From a virus (taxonomy: Duplodnaviria; Caudoviricetes), in the IMG/VR virus record IMGVR_UViG_3300046733_000629: 64,000 nt of DNA. One strand, given 5' to 3'. Within the stretch, counting starts at the first letter, position 1. Each line of letters starts with the position of its first letter. Positions 37,720-46,859 of this stretch are shown piece by piece. The notes under the pieces are model-generated. The model was not told where the DNA came from. It did not search any database and worked only from the letters and a program-made list of their open reading frames with translations. The position numbers and the translations under genes are program-made.

Positions 37720-38462
37720 TGAGAGTAAACAAAAAGATTGTAGCTGATTTAGCAAACTTTATCAAAATGCGTTATAATATTAGTGTAACAGAATTTGAAG
37801 AAACATACCCAGAACTATTTAAAACATTTATGAGAATGCAATTTTGGTTAGATGAAGTAACATTATCTAGATACTTTGGACCTAATCCAAATGCAGAAGA
37901 AGAAGGTACCTATTGGGTACAGCAATTAAAATGGGATACACGTAGAACTGGAAAACAGTTACTTGAAAAGATTAGAGACTTGCAAGATAATTACGAAGAC
38001 CCAATGAAGATTATTGATGTTGGCTGTGGTGAGAACGAGTGGAAAACACATTTAGGTGCTAGAGTAACAGGAATAGATCCACACCATCCAAATGCAGATT
38101 TTAAAATAGGCATCAATGAATATGCACAAGATCATTCAGATGAGTTTGATGTTGTGTTAGCACTAGGAAGTATTAACTTTGGCGATCAAAAAGAAATAGA
38201 AAGACAAGTAGCGAATGTAGTTAAGTTATGCAAATCCGGCGGCAAGATATTTTGGCGTTGTAATCCAGGCATTACACACGATAATCCACAAGCAAAATGG
38301 GTAGACTTTTTTGCTTGGTCAGAAGAGTTTTTGCGTGACATGGCAGAAAAAACTGGATGTACTATAGACGATTTTGATTGGGATCATCAATCAGATGAAG
38401 ATCCACGTTGGGGTAATCGACTATATTCTGAATGGACAAAAAATCCATTTAACACACTATAA
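37719..38462 (+). CDS. Class I SAM-dependent methyltransferase
   Basis: IIDVGCG, VTGID, FDVVLALGSI, LCKSGG. Confidence 0.8.
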   Translation: MRVNKKIVADLANFIKMRYNISVTEFEETYPELFKTFMRMQFWLDEVTLSRYFGPNPNAEEEGTYWVQQLKWDTRRTGKQLLEKIRDLQDNYEDPMKIIDVGCGENEWKTHLGARVTGIDPHHPNADFKIGINEYAQDHSDEFDVVLALGSINFGDQKEIERQVANVVKLCKSGGKIFWRCNPGITHDNPQAKWVDFFAWSEEFLRDMAEKTGCTIDDFDWDHQSDEDPRWGNRLYSEWTKNPFNTL

Positions 38463-38479
38463 CTACTAACCTTTCGTAG

Positions 38480-38486
38480 ATAAATA
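38480..38486 (+). promoter_or_regulatory. Late-promoter-like ATAAATA
   Basis: Intergenic, upstream of the S1 protease; a 9-bp hairpin follows at 38513-38535. Confidence 0.5.
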
Positions 38487-38543
38487 CTATAGTTAGAAAG
38501 CAGAAGTTATTACTTTTCTGACAAACTCAGAAAAGGTGACTAT

Positions 38544-39836
38544 ATGTCTATAGACAATGGAATATTCAAAAACACACTAAAAGCTATTATTAAAATAGCG
38601 AAATACATACATTTAAAAATTAAGAAGTACTCAATTACGAGTGCTATCATTCTAGCAGTACTACTCAGTACTGTAATAAATTCCCATTACAGACCAATAC
38701 AAGAAAAGTTACATAATGGAATCAATTGGGTTTATGATATTAATGAACCAATTGGCGAAGCTCTGTACGAAGTTAATGGATTTATTTTAAATGGTAAATT
38801 CTTTGACCAAGAAAGAAAAGCAAAAAATGCTATATATGAATCGTATGGAAGTGTAGTTAGTATTGCAGTATCTTCAGATGATGACATACTAAACAGAACA
38901 CAAGCTGGTCGAGGAACTGGATTTATAATCAAAGTAACAGACGAATATGCTCTTGTTGCTACCAATCACCATGTTATAAATGCCGCAATAGACAGTGAAG
39001 CATTTAAAGTTAATATATCAACAGCAATGGACATGTGGCAATACGAAGCAGAAATCATTGGATATGATGAGATACTTGATGTTGCAGTTGTAAAAATATA
39101 CAAACAAGATAACGAAGATTGGACAGCATTAGAATTTTCAAATGATACTGATCTAGGTATTGGTGATCCCGTAGTTGTAATCGGACACGGTATGAGTATG
39201 CCATGGACAAGCACACAAGGACATGTTGTATACAAAGATAGATATGGAACAAGACCTTATTCATTAATGCTACAAGTTGATGCAGTAATTAACCAAGGTA
39301 ACAGCGGCGGCCCTATTATAGATATGAACGGTAAAGTAATTGGAATTGCACAAAGTATATACAGTCCTGGCAGAACAATACCTGGTTGGGATGGAGTTGG
39401 AATGGCAGTATCATCTAAGCAAGCACAACGTTCAATTGATTATATTTTAAGTCCACAATACAGTGCCAAAGGTTATGTGCCTTATGCAGAGTTTCCATTC
39501 AATCTTGGAACATTTGAACTAGCACAAGTTTTAGATATTAAGAAAGAAGATAGACGTTATGCTTATATTGATTATTCAAGTCTAAAACCAGATGCAGAAA
39601 AAACAGTTGGGCATGCTAGTGGATTATTACAAGATGATGTAATCATATCAATAAATGATGAACAAATTTATAATAGTTTTTATGTATTAAAACAAACTAT
39701 ATATGCATTTCCAGGAGACGAGTGGGATGTTGTAGTTAGACGTAATGATGAGATTGTTACTGTAAAAATTGCATTGCGTGAAATGAGTAGAGAAAAACTA
39801 TTAAACTCTGTAAAAGTGAGAACTGGCGGAAGGTGA
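38544..39836 (+). CDS. HtrA/DegP-like trypsin (S1C) serine protease with N-terminal TM anchor and PDZ-like C-terminus
   Basis: GTGFII, ATNHHV, LDVAVVK, INQGNSGGP, GLLQDDVIISIN. Confidence 0.9.
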   Translation: MSIDNGIFKNTLKAIIKIAKYIHLKIKKYSITSAIILAVLLSTVINSHYRPIQEKLHNGINWVYDINEPIGEALYEVNGFILNGKFFDQERKAKNAIYESYGSVVSIAVSSDDDILNRTQAGRGTGFIIKVTDEYALVATNHHVINAAIDSEAFKVNISTAMDMWQYEAEIIGYDEILDVAVVKIYKQDNEDWTALEFSNDTDLGIGDPVVVIGHGMSMPWTSTQGHVVYKDRYGTRPYSLMLQVDAVINQGNSGGPIIDMNGKVIGIAQSIYSPGRTIPGWDGVGMAVSSKQAQRSIDYILSPQYSAKGYVPYAEFPFNLGTFELAQVLDIKKEDRRYAYIDYSSLKPDAEKTVGHASGLLQDDVIISINDEQIYNSFYVLKQTIYAFPGDEWDVVVRRNDEIVTVKIALREMSREKLLNSVKVRTGGR

Positions 39837-40051
39837 AGAATATATCACACTACGACCTACTAACCAAATATAAAGATAAACCAATAAAGCAATTTGCATG
39901 GTTTCCAAAGCGTATGACTGACGGAACTATAGCATTATTTTGTCATTATTACATACAAGTTCATGTAAAAAGTGCAGATCCTAAGCATATGTGGATGGAT
40001 TTTACATATCTCTCTGAAAAAGACTACTTCTTAGAAAAACTCAAAGGTTGA
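39833..40051 (+). CDS. Hypothetical protein
   Basis: 72-aa ORF; FAWFPKRMTDG. Confidence 0.55.
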   Translation: MKNISHYDLLTKYKDKPIKQFAWFPKRMTDGTIALFCHYYIQVHVKSADPKHMWMDFTYLSEKDYFLEKLKG

Positions 40052-40076
40052 CATTCTAGCCAAGATATCTTATAAT
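40048..40076 (+). promoter_or_regulatory. Perfect sigma70 promoter
   Basis: TTGACA-17-TATAAT; its TGA is the upstream stop codon. Confidence 0.9.
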
Positions 40077-40109
40077 ATTTACTAATAAGTAAAACTTTAG
40101 GAGATATAA

Positions 40110-41399
40110 ATGAAAACCTTGAATATACTAATAGCTCTGCTATTTTTGTCAGCATGTCAAACTACAACTGGCACAGTAAATATTGATAAACCAATTGGCT
40201 TACATCCAAACACATTAACACAAATTAAAGTTGTAGACAATTGGGAACCTGTTGCTGATATGGATATTCTAAAATCTTATATGGGTAAATCCTATAATAT
40301 GAAAACTTACTCAATTGAATACGTACAAAAGAAAAATATCAATTGTATTGACAAATTTCAAAATGTACCTGCATTAAAGAACACCAGAGATAATAGCTCA
40401 TCAAGAGAATGGTTTAAGTGTCATCAATGGTTTCATGCAAAGTCACCGGATAATCCACAGATGCTTGCTGACATGTTATTGCATTGGGCAAACAATCCAG
40501 AGCAAATGAATATTAGACGAGGTGACTTATTGATGCAAGGTTATCAACTTCCTAGCACTATGGGAACGTTTGCTACTTTATATTCTATATGGTATAATGA
40601 TATAACATTTACTACAGAACAAAGAAACAAGGTAGACACATACTTAACTAACTGGCTAATGAAATACAATAGACCTGTTATTGATCCAGGTGAACGTAAA
40701 TGCAATATAAAGAATTACAAGTCTGTATTAAATGATAATGTAGATTCTAATACCTGTGGTAATAAAACTATTAGGATGGCAGTTGGCTCTATTATGTTTG
40801 GATTAAGAACTGAGAATCAAAACCTACTTGACCATGGACATGATCATTTATATGTAGTTTGGTCGCAAATTGATCCAGACGGTGTTTGGGTAAACAATGC
40901 GGCTAGAGGTAATCAGTCCTTTAGTTACTTGTTAGATAACATTGGACACTTTAGTTTCTTAGCAGAAGTATATCATAACTTAGGATATGATTTATTTGAA
41001 CATACACTTCCACATGGAGCAAAAGTAAAAGATGTATTAGCATGGAACTATGAATTTCTATCTGATTTTAAATTAGCAGGAAAATATGCAAAGTATAATG
41101 TAGGCTCAATGTGGACTACATGGAGTAAAATTAAAAACTTGTCACAGGCTCAGTTTATACAGTTAGACAATGCTACAAATTCTTACAACTATTCAGGTGG
41201 GTATAAGCAATGGAATGCTACACATGCACGTTATATGGCTAGATATCAACCTGAAAAATATGTAGAAGTAAAGCATTACAAAAAGCATGCAATTATAATC
41301 AACTCAGCTAATCCTGTACCATACAATGGAATGTATTATGGAAATGGATCAGAAAACGTAGTAGTTTCTTCAATCACACAACAATTACAGAGTCAATAA
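40110..41399 (+). CDS. Lipoprotein, putative alginate-lyase-like (alpha/alpha toroid) enzyme
   Basis: Lipobox LFLSAC; N...MAVG..., NNAARG.QSFSY, LAEVYHNLGYDLF (PL5/PL17-like pattern, judged by eye). Confidence 0.5.
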   Translation: MKTLNILIALLFLSACQTTTGTVNIDKPIGLHPNTLTQIKVVDNWEPVADMDILKSYMGKSYNMKTYSIEYVQKKNINCIDKFQNVPALKNTRDNSSSREWFKCHQWFHAKSPDNPQMLADMLLHWANNPEQMNIRRGDLLMQGYQLPSTMGTFATLYSIWYNDITFTTEQRNKVDTYLTNWLMKYNRPVIDPGERKCNIKNYKSVLNDNVDSNTCGNKTIRMAVGSIMFGLRTENQNLLDHGHDHLYVVWSQIDPDGVWVNNAARGNQSFSYLLDNIGHFSFLAEVYHNLGYDLFEHTLPHGAKVKDVLAWNYEFLSDFKLAGKYAKYNVGSMWTTWSKIKNLSQAQFIQLDNATNSYNYSGGYKQWNATHARYMARYQPEKYVEVKHYKKHAIIINSANPVPYNGMYYGNGSENVVVSSITQQLQSQ

Positions 41400-42550
41400 T
41401 GATGCGTTTATTAACAGTCGTATTTCTTGTATTAGCATATGCAGATATGTCAAATGCAAATGAGATAAAGTTTCCTGGTAAATTTTATACTACAGAACTT
41501 AATACTTGTTCTGCATTAAATAAAGATGATACATTTAGGAACATGTCAACAATTAAAACAGTAAAAGGATTAATAGGATATGATTGGTCAAAGTATCATA
41601 CAGAAACTGGCACTTCACTAACTGTCAATCATGCTGTCATTACTGTACCTATTAAGAAAATGCTGACTGCAACACATCATGCAATTTCTGATGATGATCA
41701 AATGGAAATTAAAATTGCTACAGAATTACTAGTAGAGATAGCAGAAGCCAATACACTATATAATAGTATAGGACCTGTTGAATTAAGAAGTAAGCCTAAG
41801 TGCTGGCAAAACAGTGATCCATCTGCACCATGTTGGTTTCATGAATATGAGTTTGCCGCTGGTGTATTTTCTAACTATATGATAAGTGCTATATGGTTAA
41901 AAGATGAATTATCAAAAGAACAACACAAGATTGTTGATAGGTACATTAAAAAAATGTATGATAAGTTTTTCAAACCATTTGAAATGAAACCACGTGGACC
42001 AGGAATATATCAAATGGCAAATGGTGGACTATCAACATTAATATATGCATCTTGGACAAATGATAAGAAACTTGCACTAAAGGAAATCAAATACAGACTA
42101 AAAGTATTTGATAAAAGAATATTTGATGATGGATACATTGACAATAATTCATTTAGAGGATACAGATCACAATGGTATCATTCTTATGGATTAAATATTA
42201 TTCTTGGATATGTATATATTGCTGATTTATGGGGTATAACAATATCAGACAAACTACAACAAAAGTTAGTTAAATCTTCTAACTTAGTAAACTTAGCAAT
42301 TACTGATAAAGTTAAGTTCAGATCACGTGCAAAAACATTTACTGGAAAAACTAGAAACGCAATCAAAGATAAAAATAAAGCTATTCCACATACACACCAA
42401 ATGGCTATAGCTATTGATACATTAATGTTAGAAGTAACAGATGTAGTAATGCTAGAAGATCCTCTATATTTGTCAAAAAGAAAGTGGCATACTGTAGATG
42501 GAATTGACGATTTGATAGGTTTTAACCCAAATTGTATCAAAAAAAATTAA
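41399..42550 (+). CDS. Exported putative alginate-lyase-like enzyme
   Basis: Signal peptide; QMANGGL, FDDGYIDNNSFRG..SQWYHSYGL. Confidence 0.5.
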   Translation: MMRLLTVVFLVLAYADMSNANEIKFPGKFYTTELNTCSALNKDDTFRNMSTIKTVKGLIGYDWSKYHTETGTSLTVNHAVITVPIKKMLTATHHAISDDDQMEIKIATELLVEIAEANTLYNSIGPVELRSKPKCWQNSDPSAPCWFHEYEFAAGVFSNYMISAIWLKDELSKEQHKIVDRYIKKMYDKFFKPFEMKPRGPGIYQMANGGLSTLIYASWTNDKKLALKEIKYRLKVFDKRIFDDGYIDNNSFRGYRSQWYHSYGLNIILGYVYIADLWGITISDKLQQKLVKSSNLVNLAITDKVKFRSRAKTFTGKTRNAIKDKNKAIPHTHQMAIAIDTLMLEVTDVVMLEDPLYLSKRKWHTVDGIDDLIGFNPNCIKKN

Positions 42551-42558
42551 ATTAATTT

Positions 42559-42587
42559 AAAAACCCTTGTTTTATAAGGGTTTTTTT
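42559..42587 (+). terminator. Rho-independent terminator (symmetric A and T tails)
   Basis: AAAAACCCTTG-tttta-TAAGGGTTTTTTT. Confidence 0.8.
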
Positions 42588-42610
42588 ATGACTTTTTTTA
42601 ACTTATCTGG

Positions 42611-42639
42611 TTGACAGGTAAGACGTCTTACTGTATACT
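42611..42639 (+). promoter_or_regulatory. sigma70 promoter whose spacer contains the perfect palindrome GTAAGACGTCTTAC
   Basis: TTGACA-17-TATACT; palindrome at 42618-42631. Confidence 0.85.
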
Positions 42640-42672
42640 GTAAGTATAGTTAATAAAAAAGGAGTTATAAAA

Positions 42673-42870
42673 ATGAATACACTTTTAAATACAATAGGCG
42701 GATTACTAATAGCAGTAGGATTAATGGCTATGGCTGGATCTGCAAATGATTGTGATGGTGCTTGTGTTGAAACTGCAAATTCAATAAGCGAAATGCTAAC
42801 AGTAATGATTATGGGTTTAACGTCAATGGGTATTGGCGGATATCTTTTGTTCATTACAAATAACAAATAG
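42673..42870 (+). CDS. Small 2-TM membrane protein with a Cys pair in the loop
   Basis: SD aaggag; TM-NDCDGAC-TM. Confidence 0.75.
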   Translation: MNTLLNTIGGLLIAVGLMAMAGSANDCDGACVETANSISEMLTVMIMGLTSMGIGGYLLFITNNK

Positions 42871-42873
42871 GGG

Positions 42874-42902
42874 TTGACAAACTAAGTAAGACGTATTACT
42901 AT
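42874..42902 (+). promoter_or_regulatory. sigma70 promoter overlapping a second copy of the palindrome (GTAAGACGTATTAC)
   Basis: TTGACA-17-TACTAT; motif at 42886-42899 with 1 mismatch. Confidence 0.8.
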
Positions 42903-42910
42903 AGTATTAT

Positions 42911-44083
42911 ATGCCAAAAAAGAAACAAATTTTACCACTAGAAGAAGGAAACGAAAATATGCAAACTGCGATATCAGAAGCAAGAACTGTAAAAATTAGT
43001 GAAGCAACGACTCTCATTACACGAGCTTTTAAAAAGAAGCGTCCTGTGTTTTTATGGGGTCCTCCAGGAATTGGTAAGTCAGAGCTAGTACAAGGTATTG
43101 GCGATTCAGGTGCATTGGGTAAGACCCTTGTAATTGATATGCGTCTTGCATTATTTGAGCCAACTGATTTACGTGGCTACCCTGTACCAAATATGGAAAC
43201 AGGTGTTATGCAATGGTTACCACCAGCAGATTTGCCTAGTGCAGAAGTTGCCGCACAATACGATACAGTTATCGTATTCCTAGACGAGATGAACTCAGCG
43301 GCACCAAGTGTACAAGCCGCAGGTTACCAGTTAATTCTTAACAGACGTATTGGACAATATGTACTACCAGATAACGTTGTAATGATTGCCGCAGGTAATC
43401 GTGAGACAGATAAAGGTGTTACATACAGAATGCCTAAGCCACTTGAGAACAGGTTTGTTCATTTTGAACTACGTGTTGATTTCCAAGATTGGTTAAATTG
43501 GGCTGTTGAAAAACAAGTTAACCCAGATGTAGTTGGTTACTTGTCATTTGCTAAAGGCGATCTTTATAACTTTGATCCACAATCAAGTTCACGTGGATTT
43601 GCTACACCAAGGGCTTGGACATTTACTTCAGAACTACTTGAAGATGAAGAAGACTTGTCAGATAGCTTGCAGACTGATATGGTTGCAGGTTGTGTTGGTG
43701 AAGGTATTGCAGTTAAGTTTATGGCACACCGTAAGATTGCAGGCGACCTTCCTGTTCCAGAAGATGTACTAGATGCTAAAGTTAAAAAAGTTGCTAATAC
43801 TGAAGTATCAGCTATGTATGCACTAGCTACATCATTATGTTATGAACTACGTGATAGACATATTGCTGGTGAAAAAGCAGGTGCTGATTCTAAAGAAATG
43901 AAAAAGTACCACAAGAGCTTTAGTAACTTTATTGGGTTCATGATGGATAACATGGAAACTGAGATGGTTGTAATGGCATCACGTATTGCAATGCAACAGT
44001 ACAAGTTGGTACCTAAGCAAAAAGAAATTGAACGTTTTGATGAATACTTTGGTCGTTATGGTAGACTCGTACTTGACGCCTAA
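42911..44083 (+). CDS. MoxR-like AAA+ ATPase
   Basis: LWGPPGIGKS (Walker A), FLDEMNSA (Walker B), AAGN, PLENRF, TPRAW; alternative start at 42959. Confidence 0.9.
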   Translation: MPKKKQILPLEEGNENMQTAISEARTVKISEATTLITRAFKKKRPVFLWGPPGIGKSELVQGIGDSGALGKTLVIDMRLALFEPTDLRGYPVPNMETGVMQWLPPADLPSAEVAAQYDTVIVFLDEMNSAAPSVQAAGYQLILNRRIGQYVLPDNVVMIAAGNRETDKGVTYRMPKPLENRFVHFELRVDFQDWLNWAVEKQVNPDVVGYLSFAKGDLYNFDPQSSSRGFATPRAWTFTSELLEDEEDLSDSLQTDMVAGCVGEGIAVKFMAHRKIAGDLPVPEDVLDAKVKKVANTEVSAMYALATSLCYELRDRHIAGEKAGADSKEMKKYHKSFSNFIGFMMDNMETEMVVMASRIAMQQYKLVPKQKEIERFDEYFGRYGRLVLDA

Positions 44084-44393
44084 ATTAAAAGAGGGAGAGA
44101 CAGTAGACCTCTCCCTTTATTCACCCCGAGAACGTACTAACATTCGTTTATACGGATTAGACTTTAAAGATTTTACACCACAAATGTTACATGAATACAA
44201 ACGTAAATGGGCACCAAATTGTGAGACAGTTACTATTAGAGGACAGTATTCAAAAGCCCAGAAATGGTGTAGAACACACTGTTTCCACCAAGATTTTGAA
44301 ATACAAAAATATGCAAATCCAGACGATAGTCATAGTGTTCACTTTAAAAATGCTGAAGAAGCTATGCTTTTTAGACTGTCGTTTACAGGTTGA
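44058..44393 (+). CDS. Hypothetical protein
   Basis: Likely ATG at 44058; C-terminal VHFKNAEEAMLFRL resembles the 7948/8185 proteins. Confidence 0.6.
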   Translation: MVDSYLTPKLKEGETVDLSLYSPRERTNIRLYGLDFKDFTPQMLHEYKRKWAPNCETVTIRGQYSKAQKWCRTHCFHQDFEIQKYANPDDSHSVHFKNAEEAMLFRLSFTG

Positions 44394-44418
44394 CAGTTAT
44401 AGTGTTTTATAGTATTAT
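44390..44418 (+). promoter_or_regulatory. sigma70 promoter
   Basis: TTGACA-17-TATTAT; its TGA is the upstream stop codon. Confidence 0.8.
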
Positions 44419-44448
44419 AGTAATATAGTTAGAAATAAGGACGGTATA

Positions 44449-45621
44449 ATGATAAAAACTGCGGAAGAAAGAATTACACAGTCTAGGGTTAGGTTGCTAT
44501 TAACTAAGCCTTTCTTTGGACAACTGGCTGTTCGTTTAAAAATAGAAGATGCTAGTTCATGGATACCTACTGCCGCTACATGCGGTCGTAAGTTTATGTT
44601 TAATAGAGAGTTTGTAGACAGTTTATCAGATGATATGTTAGACTTTCTTGTAGGACATGAAGTGTTGCATTGTGTATTTGATCATATGCAAGCACGTGGA
44701 GACCGTGAACCGCAATTGTATAATGCGGCGGCTGATTACAATATTAATATGACACTAGTTGAACAAAACATTGGTAAGCCAATTTCAGAAGATAAACTAG
44801 GTGGCGGTAAGATATGCTTAGATTGGAAATACCAAGGTTGGAACAGTTATGAGATTTATGACGATTTGTTTGAAAATCGTAAAGATGCTAAAGGCATGGA
44901 TGTACACTTAGAAGAAGGTACAGAAGCAGGTGAAGATAAAGATGGTAAATCTACACCAGTTATGACAGAAGCAGAAAAGAAAGAATTAGCAGACGAAATT
45001 AAACAAGCTACAATACAAGCGGCACAGAGTGCAGGACAAGGTGTACCAGAAGCTATTAAGCGAATGATTAATGAACTTGTTGCTCCTAAAATGGATTGGA
45101 GAGATGTACTAAGAACACAATTAGAAAGTTCTATTAAAAATGATTTTACTTTTATGCGTCCAAGTAAACGAAGTGGTGATGTTTTATTTCCAGGCATGAA
45201 CAAAGATGAGATGTTGAATATTGCAGTTGCACTTGATACATCAGGTAGTATTAGTCAAGATATGTTACGTGACTTTTTAAGTGAAGTACAAGGCATTATG
45301 GATCAATACCAAAGTTACAAAGTACACATCTTTCAATTTGATACAGGTGTATACGGTGTAGAAGAATTTACCAGCGATGATGGTAGAACAATGGCAGACT
45401 ATGAACTAAAAGGTGGTGGCGGAACTGACTTTGATGTAGTATTTAATTACATGGAACAATACAATATTGAACCAGATCAATTAGTTATGTTCACAGATGG
45501 TTACCCTTGGGGTTCATGGGGCAATGCAGATTACTGTGATACATTATTTTGTATACACGGTGACAAAGAAAGAAGAATTACTGCACCATTTGGTGTAACA
45601 GTACATTATGAGGCGGCATAA
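44449..45621 (+). CDS. DUF2201-type metallopeptidase plus vWA domain protein
   Basis: HEVLH (HExxH), N.AAD..IN, VALDTSGSIS (MIDAS), GGGGTDF, FTDGY. Confidence 0.88.
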   Translation: MIKTAEERITQSRVRLLLTKPFFGQLAVRLKIEDASSWIPTAATCGRKFMFNREFVDSLSDDMLDFLVGHEVLHCVFDHMQARGDREPQLYNAAADYNINMTLVEQNIGKPISEDKLGGGKICLDWKYQGWNSYEIYDDLFENRKDAKGMDVHLEEGTEAGEDKDGKSTPVMTEAEKKELADEIKQATIQAAQSAGQGVPEAIKRMINELVAPKMDWRDVLRTQLESSIKNDFTFMRPSKRSGDVLFPGMNKDEMLNIAVALDTSGSISQDMLRDFLSEVQGIMDQYQSYKVHIFQFDTGVYGVEEFTSDDGRTMADYELKGGGGTDFDVVFNYMEQYNIEPDQLVMFTDGYPWGSWGNADYCDTLFCIHGDKERRITAPFGVTVHYEAA

Positions 45622-45628
45622 AAATAAG

Positions 45629-45931
45629 ATGAAAAATCAAATTAAAATTGTAAACAATGGCGGAAGCCTAAGTGAGACAGACTTGCAATTAATGCAAGGC
45701 ACAGAATTAGTAGTACAGATGATGAGAAATAGAATCATTGTCGTTACTAATAACAATGATATAGCATGGCAAGATCTGATGACAGATGTTAACGGGTTGT
45801 ATCATATTAGACATTTAGATAAGTCTAAGCAAATTTATCAACTATGGTTTGAGCTTGAAGTAGATATTAAGCAATTTGAGCGAAACCTTTATGTAAGCAA
45901 ATTAAGTAATACCGCACACGAGCCGGCATAA
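45629..45931 (+). CDS. Hypothetical protein
   Basis: About 100-aa ORF after the vWA gene. Confidence 0.6.
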   Translation: MKNQIKIVNNGGSLSETDLQLMQGTELVVQMMRNRIIVVTNNNDIAWQDLMTDVNGLYHIRHLDKSKQIYQLWFELEVDIKQFERNLYVSKLSNTAHEPA

Positions 45932-45934
45932 ATA
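45928..45934 (+). promoter_or_regulatory. Late-promoter-like ATAAATA
   Basis: Overlaps the upstream TAA; about 40 nt before 45975. Confidence 0.5.
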
Positions 45935-45974
45935 AACATAGTAGTTAATTAATAACTCAATAGGAGAATATAAC

Positions 45975-46205
45975 ATGGCTAAAGAAGAAGCTAAAAATAC
46001 TGAAGTTGCATTGTCAATTCAAGACATTGTTCTTTCAGCTAACATTATTGATCTCGCTACACAACGTGGAGCCTTTAAAGCGGCAGAAGCAGGTCAAGTT
46101 GGTGCATGTTTTGAAAAGCTAGTTGCTTTTATCAAAGCTAATACACCAGAATCAGAAGAAAATAAAGAGGCGACAGCAACTAAAGCTGAGTCTCCAAAGG
46201 AGTAA
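45975..46205 (+). CDS. Hypothetical phage protein
   Basis: SD aggag; IIDLATQRGAFKA.E...VG. Confidence 0.75.
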   Translation: MAKEEAKNTEVALSIQDIVLSANIIDLATQRGAFKAAEAGQVGACFEKLVAFIKANTPESEENKEATATKAESPKE

Positions 46206-46209
46206 ACTT

Positions 46210-46845
46210 ATGTCATCAATGAATACTAAACATGTTGGAAAACTATCCAACACAGGAAAAAAATGTGTAGTTGTCTTTAGAGAACTACCAGACGATCCTA
46301 GCAATTGTCTAGTTGTAGATACGGATGCACTTCCAGATTGGATGCATGATGATATCATTAATGCAGTAGAAGCACCAGGTGCTCAAGCATCACATAACTT
46401 CTACGAGTATGCAGAACGTACTGTTCTTTCAGATGGTACTAACATGCTACAATCTCTTCATTCAACAGGTAAGCTACAAAAACAGCCTACAAATAATGTT
46501 GTACTAACACCTAACAACGAAGTTGCAGTAGGTCTTGAAGAAATTAATAAACTTGTTAGAGAGCAAACTGATGGTAAAGACGTAGTAGCACCACCAGCAG
46601 ACGAACGTCCAATGGTAGGTAAAGATACTACATCAGCTGAAGCACCAGTTATTACTGAAGCATCAGCACCAACATCAACACCAGATACACTTGACCCAGA
46701 TACTATGGCCAAGAATCTATTAGCTCAAGCTAAAACGTTTGAACAAGAAGCGAAAAACCTAAAGTCGCAAGCATACGAAATGGCTCCAGGTTTAAAACCA
46801 GGACCAAAAAAAGCTAGTAAAAAAGAAGCTATAGCTTCAGAGTAA
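46210..46845 (+). CDS. Hypothetical phage protein
   Basis: ATG at 46210; KHVGKL..TGKKCVVVFRELP...CLVVDTDALP. Confidence 0.75.
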   Translation: MSSMNTKHVGKLSNTGKKCVVVFRELPDDPSNCLVVDTDALPDWMHDDIINAVEAPGAQASHNFYEYAERTVLSDGTNMLQSLHSTGKLQKQPTNNVVLTPNNEVAVGLEEINKLVREQTDGKDVVAPPADERPMVGKDTTSAEAPVITEASAPTSTPDTLDPDTMAKNLLAQAKTFEQEAKNLKSQAYEMAPGLKPGPKKASKKEAIASE

Positions 46846-46859
46846 AGTAAGGGGCTATA

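Noticed and set aside
44091-44120. Hairpin GGGAGAG-N9-CTCTCCC as a terminator after the MoxR gene
   Set aside because: The U-tail is weak and it lies inside the probable 44058-44393 CDS; possible but not supportable.
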